Of a stretch of 64,000 nucleotides of DNA, positions 1 to 11,453 are shown piece after piece. The notes below the pieces were generated by a model. It was not told where the DNA came from and ran no database searches. It saw nothing but the letters and a program-made list of their open reading frames with translations. Position 1 is the first letter of the stretch; every line of letters starts with the position of its first letter. This DNA comes from Paramoeba atlantica (taxonomy: Eukaryota; Protista; Discosea), in NCBI GenBank assembly GCA_977017575.1, contig CDRNVI010000099.1, positions 62,001 through 126,000 on the forward strand, written 5' to 3'. Made by a program: the position numbers and the translations under genes.

Positions 1-2099
1 ATTTTGGAAGGAGGTTATGTGGTTCAGACCAAGTTGGATAGTGCAATGCGCTCGACCATCAAACACTCCCCCAATTTCTTGGGAACGCGCCAACAATCTC
101 TTTCCCGGATCTCTGTACCGTCCAGAAAATAGTAACGAGCCTCCAATTTTTTGCATTACCGAGGAGGAGTGGAAGGAATACATGTATGTAGCATATGAGG
201 ACTACAGATGGGATCCGCTCGCACGCCAACGAATATGAGTGGTGGTGTGAGTCGTCACTATTTCCCGAATGTTTTTACTGCTGCAAGACATTACTTATGG
301 ACGCCGCCGCTGGTCACCAAATGTGATCCATGGTTATCGATATTGTCGTACATGTTCAATTCACGACAACCTTCAATTACACCTCATGTGATCGCTAATC
401 AAATATTTATCCGTGGCAACAGCGAGAAACTTGGCTACTTAACCGAGCATGTGAATGAAGTGGCGGGTGAGGATGAGACAGACGATGACGATGAAATATC
501 GAATGGCGACCTCAGTGGGGAAGAGTAGTTCTACAGAAGTAGAACTTCTAAGTAGAACTTCTATAGAAGTAGTCCTGTATTGCATTCAGGAATCATTTTT
601 GGGAATGTTTTGAAAAGATTATTTTATGGCCGAATAATGTAAGTGAAATATACAAAATTTTGTTTTCTCATTTTACGTGGTTTTTTTCCGTCTTTCCTTA
701 TCATTCGCTTTGTTTTTTCCCATTGCAAAAAATATTTGCATTTTGTATTCTGACATTCGATTTATATTATGTGCGAAACAAATACGATGTATCTACGATA
801 TTTTTTATATTACGTACGTATATTTGATAGGTACGTACATTTGATACGTACGTATGTTTGATAGAAGCACAAGAGCTCATTGTGCACCTATAATATAAAG
901 ATTGCGGTGGTTGTATAACTACCGCTCTACCCTCGATTATTGAAAAAAAAGTGAACAAAAACAGTGAAAATACAAAGAGGAACACAGTAATATAATAAAG
1001 GAAAAAAATATAAAATGAGGCTCCGGTGGTCCAAAACTGAACAAAAAAATTAAAAAAATGGGGGGTCTAGGGGGGGGTCTAGGGGGGGGGGTCTAGGGGG
1101 GGGCATACCGCACGGAATTTTTTTTGAAAAAATTATTTTTCGAAAAAAACCGCAGAAGGGGTAGCCGGGGTCTTGGCGCGCATTTTCCACCCCCCTACCC
1201 GGGGGTGACCCCCCTCGTATGCGCAGGACGGGTCTGCCAAGTTCGTATTTTTTCGGAAAAAAAATTTTGAAAAAAAATTCAACTTGGCGAAAAAAATGGT
1301 AAAAAAATTATTTTTTCAAAATTGTTTCCCCTATTGTATTTTAATAGTTTGGGACCTATACTATCTTTCAACGACGTTGTTTTCGCAAGGTACGCCTTTT
1401 TGGAGCCGTGGTACGCCTCACAAAATGACCCATTTTTGGCCAGAAAACGCGAAAAAGTAATTTTCGGACTCAGAGAGGTCTTTCTGTGACGGAAGAATGG
1501 TGTGATTGGAGTCGGATTCTCTACCCATTACGTTCTGCAGCCTTGAATTCTTGCCTACGAGTGATTTCCCACACGTAAATGTCGGATTTAGCGCTCTCCG
1601 AGCAAAACTACGCAAAAATGCCCCCATTTTTACCTAAAAATCGCCAATTTTTGACTCAAATCCTTCCGGTCTCTTCGGCTTTCGTAACCAATTTTTCTTT
1701 TTTAGGCTCTTCGTTAAACGCGGAGGTAGTTTTCAACGCGAAGCGCGCAGCATGAGTGACTTCTAAGTTGAAAACAACCACCGCGTTTAACGAAGATTTT
1801 TATAAGTAATCGCTGCGTATATACACTGGCGAGAAAAGTAGGAAAACTACTCAAACGATAAACATAATTGGCAGTATATGTAGAATTCTACACGTTCTAA
1901 ATTGGGATTTAGCCTGAAAATTATGTTTCTAAATTAAAGTACACTACAGTTACCTCACTTTCACGACTCTACTTTTCCCTATGCAGTCAAAGACACAACC
2001 TTCCCCGGAAAGACAAATCTCCCCTGAGTCATCTTCCCTTACGGAGGGTCCGTTACGCTCTTTCTATGAAGGCAGCTCATGGTACTCTGTGTATCCCAG

Positions 2100-2905
2100 C
2101 GGGTAAGTGTGGGTGAGTGCGGGTAAGTGGGTACACTTACCCGGGTAATTACCCGCACTTACCCGCTAGGTGGGTAATTACCCGACTTACCCTTTTGGCT
2201 ATGATTAAAGTGCTATATGGATATTAAAGTGCAAAAGTTTCTATTTGGATATTAAAGTGCAAGCATCTTAATATCCAAATGGGCTGAACCAGGATCCAGT
2301 GCAGACGCTAAATTGCGAGTTGCCTACGCAAAGGAGGCTTGAGACATAGCCTGCACGATGGAACGGGTTTGAAAGCCCGTCCTGGTAGCTACGGTCGGGT
2401 AGACGTGCTCGGGGCGCAAGGCGTCGAGTGCCGCCTGGTAAGGGGATAGCAAGACAATGAGGGTCTTTCACGTTGTCTTTTAACTTTATGTTTCAACTTT
2501 TCCTTTCAACAACTTTTCACTTGCTTCTTGGATCTTAAACGTCAATTTCATCTTTCCACTTGATCACTACTTGAAATTACAGTTCTTCAATGGCTTGCGT
2601 GTTGCTTTCTTGACGCGTTGATGTCGACTGCATCGTAAAAAAGGAATCTAGAGGCCCGGTTCTATTTCCCGACTTTGCGCCGCGTTGAAACTGCTTCCGA
2701 ATGGCCCTTCAAGCATTCGGGTGCGACAGTTTCCATGATGTGACTCAGAACTTATTTGACTGAAAACCTTGTTTTGGACAAGTGAAAAAACCTATTTGGA
2801 TATTAAAGTGCTATTTGGATATTAAAGTGCCTATTTGGATATTAAAGTGTTTATTTGGATATTAAAGCGCATTTGGATATTAAAGCGCATTTAGATATTA
2901 AACTG
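2100..2905. repeat. GGGTAA/TTACCC clusters and 18-19-bp ctatttggatattaaagtg repeats
   Basis: Direct and inverted copies at 2100-2192, ~2200-2280 and ~2792-2900; probably transposon subterminal repeats. Confidence 0.75.
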
Positions 2906-3768
2906 CGCCCCGGGTTAGTGAGTTTACCCGTAGTGAACCGCAGTGATTCACTACGAGTAAACTCCAGGGTATGTACAAGTACATACCCTGGAGGAACATA
3001 TTGGAAAAGCGACTTAAGGAAGCCTTGCAGATGCCCTTTTATCTAAATGAAGAATTGAAATTTCCTTAGGAATTATTGAAGCAATGGAGGCGAGCAAGAG
3101 CAGATCGCCAGAATCAAATTGATGATTCTGAAAAGCATTTTGAAGTTGGACAATTGACACTTGATCGTTTGCGCATTAAACTGGGATCCTTAAAAAGGCT
3201 CCGATACTAGCTACGTGCAATCTCATCATAATCCCATTACTATCTTTATACTTATAATGCTTATACTACTTAGTATAATAAGCGGTAGTTAATTTTACTC
3301 GCTCTCGCAGACGCAGTGTCCGATTCACCGTGCACCTCTTCTCTGCAATTCGATGTGTTATTCTACAAAAATCCACCTGCCTGGCTCTCGCACAATGCAT
3401 GATATTCAATATCATGTATTTATTTTACCGTGTTGGCCACATGTTGTACAACTGTGCAATGATATAATTTGCGAGACGCAGCGTCCGTGTTCACAAAGGA
3501 CCTCATTAATACCTGAGTGGATTACATGTCTTGCGCTTAGCGACTGATACAAAGGAAGCACGGGAAATACTCTTCCTAAAAAGAATGAGAAGCGCTGGCG
3601 GTCAGGGTATGAGCAGATTCGAGCTGCGCTCAAAGCAAGCAACTCCTCGGAAATAGCAGCTTCGTTAACAATGTGAGACCAGGAGAATATGATGAAAATA
3701 TTTCATTTACTTATTCCACTCCGTGTACTCGGCAATTTGTGTGAAACATCCGACACGACTGATCTTCA

Positions 3769-4260
3769 ATGCGTGAATGGTTTCTTTACACTTTTCGAAC
3801 AGTGGTATACTGCCACGGGAGGCAGCTCAAATCTTGCACAGTATCTTCGGATGTGTTATCACTAGGAGCTATACTCGGATTTTTGTACACGGAATTTTCT
3901 ACGGACAAAGCTATCAATCAGATGAAGCGTATTGTCGTTGAAGCGATGTTAGTATACTTCGGGATAAAGAGTAGGGTGCGACGACTTTTGCAAATAATGG
4001 AACACGAGAGATTCTTGAAGCGGAATTCGATCTCATGTTGGACGATTATGCAACGTCAAGTTGTGGAAGATTATTGGAAAAGCACTGGTTCTCAAAAATA
4101 TAAACACATTCGAGTCTTCCGACAAACAACCAATCGGATCTACTCCGAAACACATATGGAACGAGAATTTGGGCACATGCTCTACATTGAGAACAAAAAA
4201 CAGCATCTATCCGATGAGCCCCTTCAAGGAATGGTTCGAAACTTCTTTAATGATCCTTAA
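3769..4260 (+). mobile_element. hAT transposase C-terminal (dimerisation-like) remnant
   Basis: EDYWK....KY..I....NRIYSETHMEREFG resembles hAT W..Y/F..S...ER.FS; short subterminal-type repeats upstream. Confidence 0.5.
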
Positions 4261-4272
4261 ATGAATCTTTAT

Positions 4273-4339
4273 GGACCTCCACGTGGTCTTCCCTGGCACT
4301 GCTATTCCACTGATGGTACAGACACCGACCTACCGATAC
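4273..4339 (+). ncRNA. HDV-like ribozyme, 5'-truncated copy
   Basis: ACC-UCCACGU-GGU-CUUCCCU-GG(P1.1)..CCGA(J4/2)-CCUACCGAUAC; 5' P1 strand missing. Confidence 0.62.
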
Positions 4340-4391
4340 TTACCTACGTTTCTGTACTAATTTCATCCCGTACTTGACACACACTCAGCAT

Positions 4392-4457
4392 GGGGAAGTA
4401 TGGTCAGGACCTCCACGCGGTCTTCCCTGACACTGATAGTACATCACCTACCGATAC
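4392..4457 (+). ncRNA. HDV-like ribozyme, 5'-intact copy with degenerate P4/J4-2
   Basis: P1 GGGGAAG/CUUCCCU with G-U at position 1, P3 ACC/GGU, L3 UCCACGC, P2 UAUGGUCAGG/CCUACCGAUA imperfect. Confidence 0.7.
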
Positions 4458-4627
4458 TCTTATCAGTATTATTAACAATTCTTAGTAATTGTTATAGCAG
4501 TTTGTTATGGTGTTTGGTGATATTCTTCATCTATGACAATTTTGTACAAAACACGTTTGTAAGTTTTCAACAAAAACATATCCCACGTGACCCAGTGTTG
4601 CCCGTTTGGGGGTCATAAGCCAACCGG

Positions 4628-5335
4628 TCAAACAATTCGGCACTCATCCATGTCAACGAAGACACACTCTGGAATGAGAGGGCTCGTGCATGAGAGCACG
4701 CTTGGTCCACCGTGCGCTTGATCAGCCAGAAGAGTGCTGTCTGTGAAAAAGGTCTGATCCAACACAAGACCATTCGGAAGCGTTGTGAGGTCATACGTCC
4801 CGCGTAAATAGAAATTGTACTTTAAGGAGAGCGTCTTAAGACCCTGGGGGAGAGCGTCAAAGTGTAGGGCCTGTTTGAAACGGTTTAGAGCAAGTCCCAT
4901 GTGTTGCATCGTGTGTGGTACGCAACTCAAGTCCAATGTCCCGGAAAATTGGTTAGAAGTCAGGTGAAGACCGACCATTTGTCGAGGAAGAAGTTCTAAC
5001 GGGAGGGAGCCGCTTAGTTCATCGTTTTTGTACAAACTCAGGGATAAGAGGGTGGGGGGCAATCGTTCCCATATTAATGTCTCATCTTTCACTTTGTTTT
5101 TCATCCCGATATGAGACCAATCAATGTTGGTAACGCGCTGATCCGCGTCGCATTGTACTCCATACCATTGACATGCTGCAGTCGCGGTGGTGTTGAATTC
5201 CCATCCCATAGGGATGAGATACAAGGGTTCCAGAAATTGTGCAAGAAGATATTCGGGGGGAAGGCGGGGGTTGACGCGTCCAAGACGGCACGCGAATTCT
5301 TCCGAGCTCTTTGCTTCGTGTAGGGAATCTGACAT
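4628..5335 (-). CDS. LRR family protein (235 aa)
   Basis: Motif RLGRVNPRLPPEYLL, cap W..C.WYGVQC, then ~22-aa LPxxLxxLxLxxNxFSGxLDL repeats; pyrimidine-rich tract upstream of ATG. Confidence 0.9.
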   Translation of the reverse strand: MSDSLHEAKSSEEFACRLGRVNPRLPPEYLLAQFLEPLYLIPMGWEFNTTATAACQWYGVQCDADQRVTNIDWSHIGMKNKVKDETLIWERLPPTLLSLSLYKNDELSGSLPLELLPRQMVGLHLTSNQFSGTLDLSCVPHTMQHMGLALNRFKQALHFDALPQGLKTLSLKYNFYLRGTYDLTTLPNGLVLDQTFFTDSTLLADQAHGGPSVLSCTSPLIPECVFVDMDECRIV

Positions 5336-5753
5336 ACGGACCGAATTGAGAAATAGAAGGGTATTGAGATAAGTGTAGATTAGTTTGTGGTTAGTGTAAA
5401 TTAGTCCAGTAGTGGTGTGCAGGCAAAAGTAGTTGTGAATGAATGCTGAAAATACAGTACTGAAAATAGTTCGAATAACTCCGAGTTACATTTAGAGACA
5501 TATAACATAATATTGAGGATAAATCATCATGCACTTATGATACGCTTATCTTATATTCGTCCGTCCATGTAAAGTAGAAGCCCAGCTCATCGGCATGGTA
5601 ACTGATCTTCTGACTCGCCGGTACAGTCCTCAAGTCAGCGTCACTTTGTTCAAGGAGTATGGAATAAAGGTATCCCGGAAGGCGATTTTATAAAGCGAGA
5701 CGAGAATATGTAATATCATATTGTGTGCCGATCATATGTACTAGCAAAGAATC

Positions 5754-6413
5754 CTATTTGTACTGATACAGTATTTGCGCACCCTGTCCCTTTTGTATCA
5801 GTCGCTGCACCATTCCATTCCAACCTACTATCTGTGTTCGTGCAAAATTGTACTCTGCTTTCCTTGGCATCACATTTTCCTCTAATATGCCAGTAAGATC
5901 CGGATTTTTTTGCAGCATGAGCATCCGCAAATTTGGTGGCAGGGCGTGAAACTCCACTTCCCCGCTCAGCAAATTGCAGTCCAATGCGATACAATCTAAA
6001 CTTCGAGGCATACCCGCGAGGTCCACCTTACCGGTAAAACCATTTTCGCTCAAATAAAAATGTTGCAAATGTAGGGGAAGCTGTGAAAATTCAACTTCTC
6101 CGTGTATTTCATTGGATTGCACGCCGAAATACACCAAACCGGGGGGCAACGCCCACGAGAGCGTGCCTTTTAGCTGTCGCCAATCCCACCGGATCCAGTT
6201 CACTTTTTGCGCCCCATCGCACTTGATCCCCTCCCAGGAACAGAGCGCAACGGAGGGGCGCCATGTGGGATGGCTCGGGGAGAGGTTGCGTACCACGCGC
6301 TCCATAAGGTATTCCTCGGGCAGACCCGTCCCGGAGAGTTTGCCTCCGAACTCGGCACGCTGGGGAGAGGGGGAAGACTCCGATGCGGCCCACCAGTTCG
6401 GCAAGAGGTTCAT
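5754..6413 (-). CDS. LRR family protein (219 aa)
   Basis: GKLSGTGLPEEYLM motif, CSWEGIKC cap, four LRRs. Confidence 0.9.
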   Translation of the reverse strand: MNLLPNWWAASESSPSPQRAEFGGKLSGTGLPEEYLMERVVRNLSPSHPTWRPSVALCSWEGIKCDGAQKVNWIRWDWRQLKGTLSWALPPGLVYFGVQSNEIHGEVEFSQLPLHLQHFYLSENGFTGKVDLAGMPRSLDCIALDCNLLSGEVEFHALPPNLRMLMLQKNPDLTGILEENVMPRKAEYNFARTQIVGWNGMVQRLIQKGQGAQILYQYK

Positions 6414-7961
6414 GTGCAGGTTTTAGTGTACAAACGAAAAACAAGGGGAAACAAGCTCTTTTTTAGTGTGGCCAATAGCAGGAAAATGAAACCCTGCAGC
6501 GGGATAATTTTGTGTTACACACTCATCTGAGACGTATATTTTTTGTATAGTTTCTATACCTTGCTGCTTTATTTTTCTTACCTTTTACTGTATCTTAATG
6601 GCCTCACAAGCAACAAGACCGTATGCGTCGCAGGACCCTAATACGGGACCACGTGACGTGACCGAAACTACGTTGTCCGTTCCCTTGCAACAACACCCTA
6701 CATGCATAAATGATACACATCATTTATGAATACGGGAATGTGGTAAGCAGCTTAGCTGAGATATTTTTCTCCGTGTTGGTTGGGTAGTTGTTGGTCCACC
6801 TCGCCTCGGTAGAAAAACAGATCTACTGCATTGTAAACGAGAGTTAACATCTTGCGAACATCTTTCGACGTGCGTCAAGAAGGCTGGGATACGGAACCAG
6901 GGTGTGCAAGTACGTGCTGTACCCGCACGTTTAATAAGCTCTTTTTTTCTTTCCTTTTTTTTACAGATTTCAAAAATTTGTTAGCACTGATCACAAAGAT
7001 CACGAGGGCCACAAACGGTGGGTCACAAAGATCCCAAACACCCGACGAGATAACAAATAATGGGTCATTAAGATTTCAAGTGAACCGATCACAAAGATAA
7101 CAAACAAACAAACAAACAAACCAATCAGGTAATATACACATCCGATTACAAAGATCCCGTGCAATGAGTCATAAGGACTTCATAGATATCAAACAAACGA
7201 TCACAAATATCCTAAGTAAGGCGGCGAAAAGATCACAAAAAAACAGAATGGTCGTGACATTTACGATGCATGTCACATCGGAAAAGACATCGCTCAGAAC
7301 CTGTTGATGTGCTATTCCGTACATCAATAAAAGGTGAATGAAAACTAATAAAAGGTATATGAATCTTTTTTTTGTAATATGAATCAAGAAATTTACAATC
7401 AATTTATAGATAACCTTTGTCGAGGTTACCAATCTCATGCCTGCTATTCCTCAGCATACAGGATATGCTTACGTATACGTTGTATACAGGGCACAAACCG
7501 CACCACCAAATACAAAAAAAAGTGAACTTGAATATTGAAATTTAGACCTTCAACCGGCTATAAAAGACAAACAAACCGCTGTTTCGCGGTGTTTCACAAT
7601 TCTAACCCGCAGCCCCTCGAATAAGGTGCGGTACAGATTGTTTATCACGTGAATTGCGCAGCTGTTTTCACCAGAACGTTGCTGCGGAAAACTTATTCAT
7701 GGGATGGCCATGATGATAATGAAGGGGAAGGTGAAGGGGATGGCGAAGATGATAGTGAAGGGGACGAAGCGCACAAAGAACGGAATGATTAAATCAGCGA
7801 GCTCCGACTCCTGTTCTCCAATTTCGTGACAACAACACCTTTCGTGACCACACGCACGATCATTCACTTAAAACACAAAAAGAAAAAATGCAAGTTTCAT
7901 TTTCAGATTTTATTTGAAAAAAATAAGGGAACAAGGTGAAGGATAACTAAGGGGGGCATAC

Positions 7962-8215
7962 AGTATATGGAAGGCCCTCGCGAAGGGCAATTCGTATTCC
8001 TTATTGTTCCCGAAGTAGGATCAACGTTTGGCTAATAAATTTATAAATGATGCAGCTCATCACTTTAATCGGAATAACACTCGAACATGGACTATGCATT
8101 CATTGCGGCATGGGAAGGTCACTGAGCTTCGAGTCCGTGGCGTTCCTATTTCAGAGAGGCAATTAATGGGACGATGGCGCTCTCACTCGTCAGAACAATC
8201 CAATGTCACAGCGTA
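7962..8215 (+). mobile_element. Tyrosine recombinase C-terminal fragment (DIRS/VIPER/TATE type)
   Basis: LLFPK..HSLRHGKVTELRVRGVPISERQLMGRWRS; frameshifted second copy at ~15835-16075. Confidence 0.78.
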
Positions 8216-8459
8216 CCAGCGCCAACCAAGGGAGTCCAACTCTCCGTAACTAACCAGCATGTGACATCCAATGTCACAGCCTACCAGCGGGAACCAAGGG
8301 GGTCCAACTGTTCAATTAACCAGTGGCAACATGAGAGTGTTGCGGTACTTCACCATGTCTAACTGCCCTGCAGCATGCTAAGTCCAGCTCTATACGTTTC
8401 GAATGTCATCGGGAAGACCGAGACATCCAATTCAAGGTGTACAACTCGATCGAATGATC

Positions 8460-8532
8460 GCTTCCCCCTCCTACCCCGGCCTTTGATAGACCTGCCCCAG
8501 GCTTGGGACTGGAAACTGCGGAGTTAAGAAGC
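8460..8532 (-). ncRNA. Twister self-cleaving ribozyme (type P1 with P5 hairpin)
   Basis: GCUUCU-UAA-CUCC-GC-AGUUU-CCAG-UCCCAAGC-CUGG-[GGUC..GGCC]-GUAG-GAGGG-GGAAGC. P1, UAA, P2, P4, L4 UCCCAAGC, both pseudoknots and GAGGG are present; one P2 mismatch or bulge. Confidence 0.88.
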
Positions 8533-8867
8533 CATAGGAGTTATGAAATCAAAAGTAAACAACACTTTTTTTAAGACAAATTATACTAAATCACAGTTCT
8601 CAGACATTGCGTTTAGTCTGTCATACACATTTTAGATGTGTTCTCTGTTATGCACATTACAAAGGGGTTGAGCGACAGCAATTAATCAAGGGGGTATGTC
8701 ACGTCGTACACTTTTTTGAGATAAGAAAGTTTATAAAAGTTTCCAAAACAATAGAATTTATTGAATAATTGAAGATCCCCCTAATCCCCCCATTTTCTCT
8801 CCATCTTTCTCTTTATTCTCTTTGAATTCTCTTTATTCTCTTTAAATTCTTTATCATTCTATTTGAT

Positions 8868-9764
8868 TCAATGATTCTCGAGCCTTATCTGTGTGTTATA
8901 TACGCACAAACCGTACTCTTGCACATGCTCAGGAAAGGGCGATCTTGTTATATTGCTACGCAAGTTCACATTATCTGATAAATCCAAACCCATCAATGAA
9001 GATGGAAGCTCCTCCAAGTTGACATCACCAGAAAACATATTGCGCGACAAATCAAGGTGCCGAATCCCCGAAGGAAGTTGTCGGAGATCGAGTTCGCCGG
9101 ACAACTGATTTCCAGAGAGATATACTTGACATATGTTAGGCGGAAACAAAGTCAAATCAAGTGAGCCGGTGAGACGATTTTCGCTAAGGTTCACATCTTG
9201 CATATTGACCGGCAGACTCGTCAAACACACAGTTCCATTGAATCTGTTGTCATTCAAAGTCAAATCTTCGAAACAGAGCGGAAGGGAAGTCAAGTCCAAC
9301 TCGCCTTCAAACCGATTTTCGTACAGAGTTAGTGATCGCAGTTCCGAAGGCAAGCGCGTGAGCGGTGCTGTCCCTTCTAGAGCGTTCTGACACACATTAA
9401 AATCGTACAAACTATGTGGGAGATAAATCAAGTTCATAGTACCTGACAAATCTCGTTGGGTCCATCTCACGTGGCTGACTTCTTCCCGCTCGTTACAACT
9501 CACACCTTTCCACTCGCACGCTGGCGTGTGAAGACTCCACGATTCGTCCAAGTTGTGGACTTCCGCGAGGAGACGAACGAGTAGATACTCCTGAGGTAAA
9601 TTCGCAGCGCTCACTTTAGCAATACGCGGTCTCGTCTTTGTAGTTTCTTCAGCAGAATGAGTGTTGGAAGGTATTGGGCTTTCGACTTTACGTCGTTTAG
9701 TCGACGGTTCCTGAATATCCGAACATGTGAGCCGCACGATCGTTTGTAGCGTTAAGTGTAGCAT
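8868..9764 (-). CDS. LRR family protein with KRRKV motif (298 aa), paralog A
   Basis: STKRRKVE, RIAKVSAANLPQEYLL, CEWKGVSC, ~8 LRRs; closely similar to 16649-17545 and 19602-20492. Confidence 0.92.
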   Translation of the reverse strand: MLHLTLQTIVRLTCSDIQEPSTKRRKVESPIPSNTHSAEETTKTRPRIAKVSAANLPQEYLLVRLLAEVHNLDESWSLHTPACEWKGVSCNEREEVSHVRWTQRDLSGTMNLIYLPHSLYDFNVCQNALEGTAPLTRLPSELRSLTLYENRFEGELDLTSLPLCFEDLTLNDNRFNGTVCLTSLPVNMQDVNLSENRLTGSLDLTLFPPNICQVYLSGNQLSGELDLRQLPSGIRHLDLSRNMFSGDVNLEELPSSLMGLDLSDNVNLRSNITRSPFPEHVQEYGLCVYNTQIRLENH

Positions 9765-10329
9765 GTAAAGTAAGAAATTACTTATTAGAGATTGTTTTTT
9801 AAAAAATAAAAAATAATTCTATGAATGTACTGTACCCCGTAGTTATCAGTCACTACGTTTCGTGGAAAAGAGACATAAACTTTAATAGGGCTACGTGTGC
9901 CCGCCCCCCCTTTGATAGGGCTATTTTGTCTAAAAGGCCAAAGATTTGTTTAGGGGGGGCATTTTTTTTATGAAATCCGCCGATGAAAGAAGCAGCGGCT
10001 GTTTTCCGGTGCATAGCTATCCGAGTGTAAAATAGTGTTTAAAAAAGCTGCAAGACCTTGTTTAGGAACTATAGAAAACTTCTCCCGAAAATTATTGTCC
10101 TATGAATTCTCGGGAGGATCTGGTGCCGCGTGGACCGTTAAGCAACTGGATCATTTCGCGAACTCCAGTGGCTCGTGTATCACATGTAGTCGGACCTTTT
10201 GCTTCCGGACAAGAACCTGGTATCTCTCTCTTCCCCAAAATTCTCTTTCAGCACGTCCCTCTCTCCCTCCCTTTGTTCCTCCATCAATATACCGCAGAAA
10301 ACACTTGTCGGTGCAAGACAAGTTGTGCG

Positions 10330-10910
10330 TGTGTCGTTCTTCGTCTTCCGTATCAAAACTTGCGAAGTCATAATATTGCCGAGGAGACCATACGGAAAAT
10401 AAAGCGAGTCGGAGAAAAAGATTATCAATCAAGAATGAATCGTGGAGGTCGCGACCGGAAGCGTGAGCGAGCCTTCAATAGCTCGCGACAAGATTTTATG
10501 GCAAAGGTTCATGAAACCCTTCTCGGTCTGTTGAATGATCATATCCCTATCGCTCGAGATAGGGTGCTCCAGTTGATGAGTCATCATGGGGCATTTCGGG
10601 AAGGACTGGGTGAAAAAGCAAAAGAAAGAGCGTATAAGCACTATCGTTACGTGTTTTGATGGACTCAAGCTATCACACCATCAGATATTGGTCAACGTAT
10701 AAGACGACAGTCGCATCATTTGTACTCGCAGCACGATGTTCGTCAGTACAGCTCTGTTATTTTCGGAGATAAAAGTTTTGTCATGAGACTAGCGTTAGCG
10801 TCGACGGCGAACTGAAGGGGAAAAATTTAGCGCCAGTGGGCGTGATTTCAGTCAAAGTCGTTCGGACGAAAGAAAAGCAAACACTGACTATTTTTCTTGC
10901 CGCCTTATTT
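10330..10910 (+). mobile_element. Highly degenerate Tc1/IS630 transposase remnant
   Basis: Read past the stop of ORF 10102-10659: VIFGDKSF and FFLPPYFP resemble the first-D and LPPYSP motifs. Confidence 0.5.
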
Positions 10911-11453
10911 TCCGTCAAGGATAAGGGGGTGTATCCTCGTCTAATCCTGCAGAAATACAATTCCTGAAAATTGATTCCTGAAAATTCGAGTTACTGAATT
11001 TAATGCACTTTAAATAGTCTTTTTTAGGTATTTGTTTTGTGATTTTATACTTTCGCTTTATTCGTGCGCGTTATAAATTCGTGTGCGTTATCTATTTTGA
11101 GAACGACGACGACGACCTACAAATTGTTCTTGTGTGTATTATGATGACCTACAAGTTGTTCTATTCATCACTCTCAGAACGTCATCCATCCGCTTTGATC
11201 ACAAGATTTTTGCAAACTGATTGCGGGAGACACTCAGTTTGACCATGATTTTCGGCACGGTCCCAAAATCTAGCATCACGAAAAAGTATTCGGGTCCAGT
11301 TTTTCCAGCTGACCAGGCAATAGTTCTAACGGAACGTTGCCTGAGAAACTACTACGTTCTAGATTCAAGGAAAGAAGCGTGGAAAGTAAATCCTTTTTTT
11401 TTCCAACTTACTACGCTTAAAGCTTCACACATATTTCCATTATTTTCACGTCC

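Noticed and set aside
17-528. ORFs at the window start, plus ORFs at 39002-39566 and 62778-63227
   Set aside because: Possibly transposon remnants (EEEW hAT-like; LIEAGVL RT-like), but too short or fragmented to assign.
2100-2192. Telomere-like GGGTAA/TTACCC tract
   Set aside because: Short, interrupted, mixed orientation and internal; more like transposon subterminal repeats.
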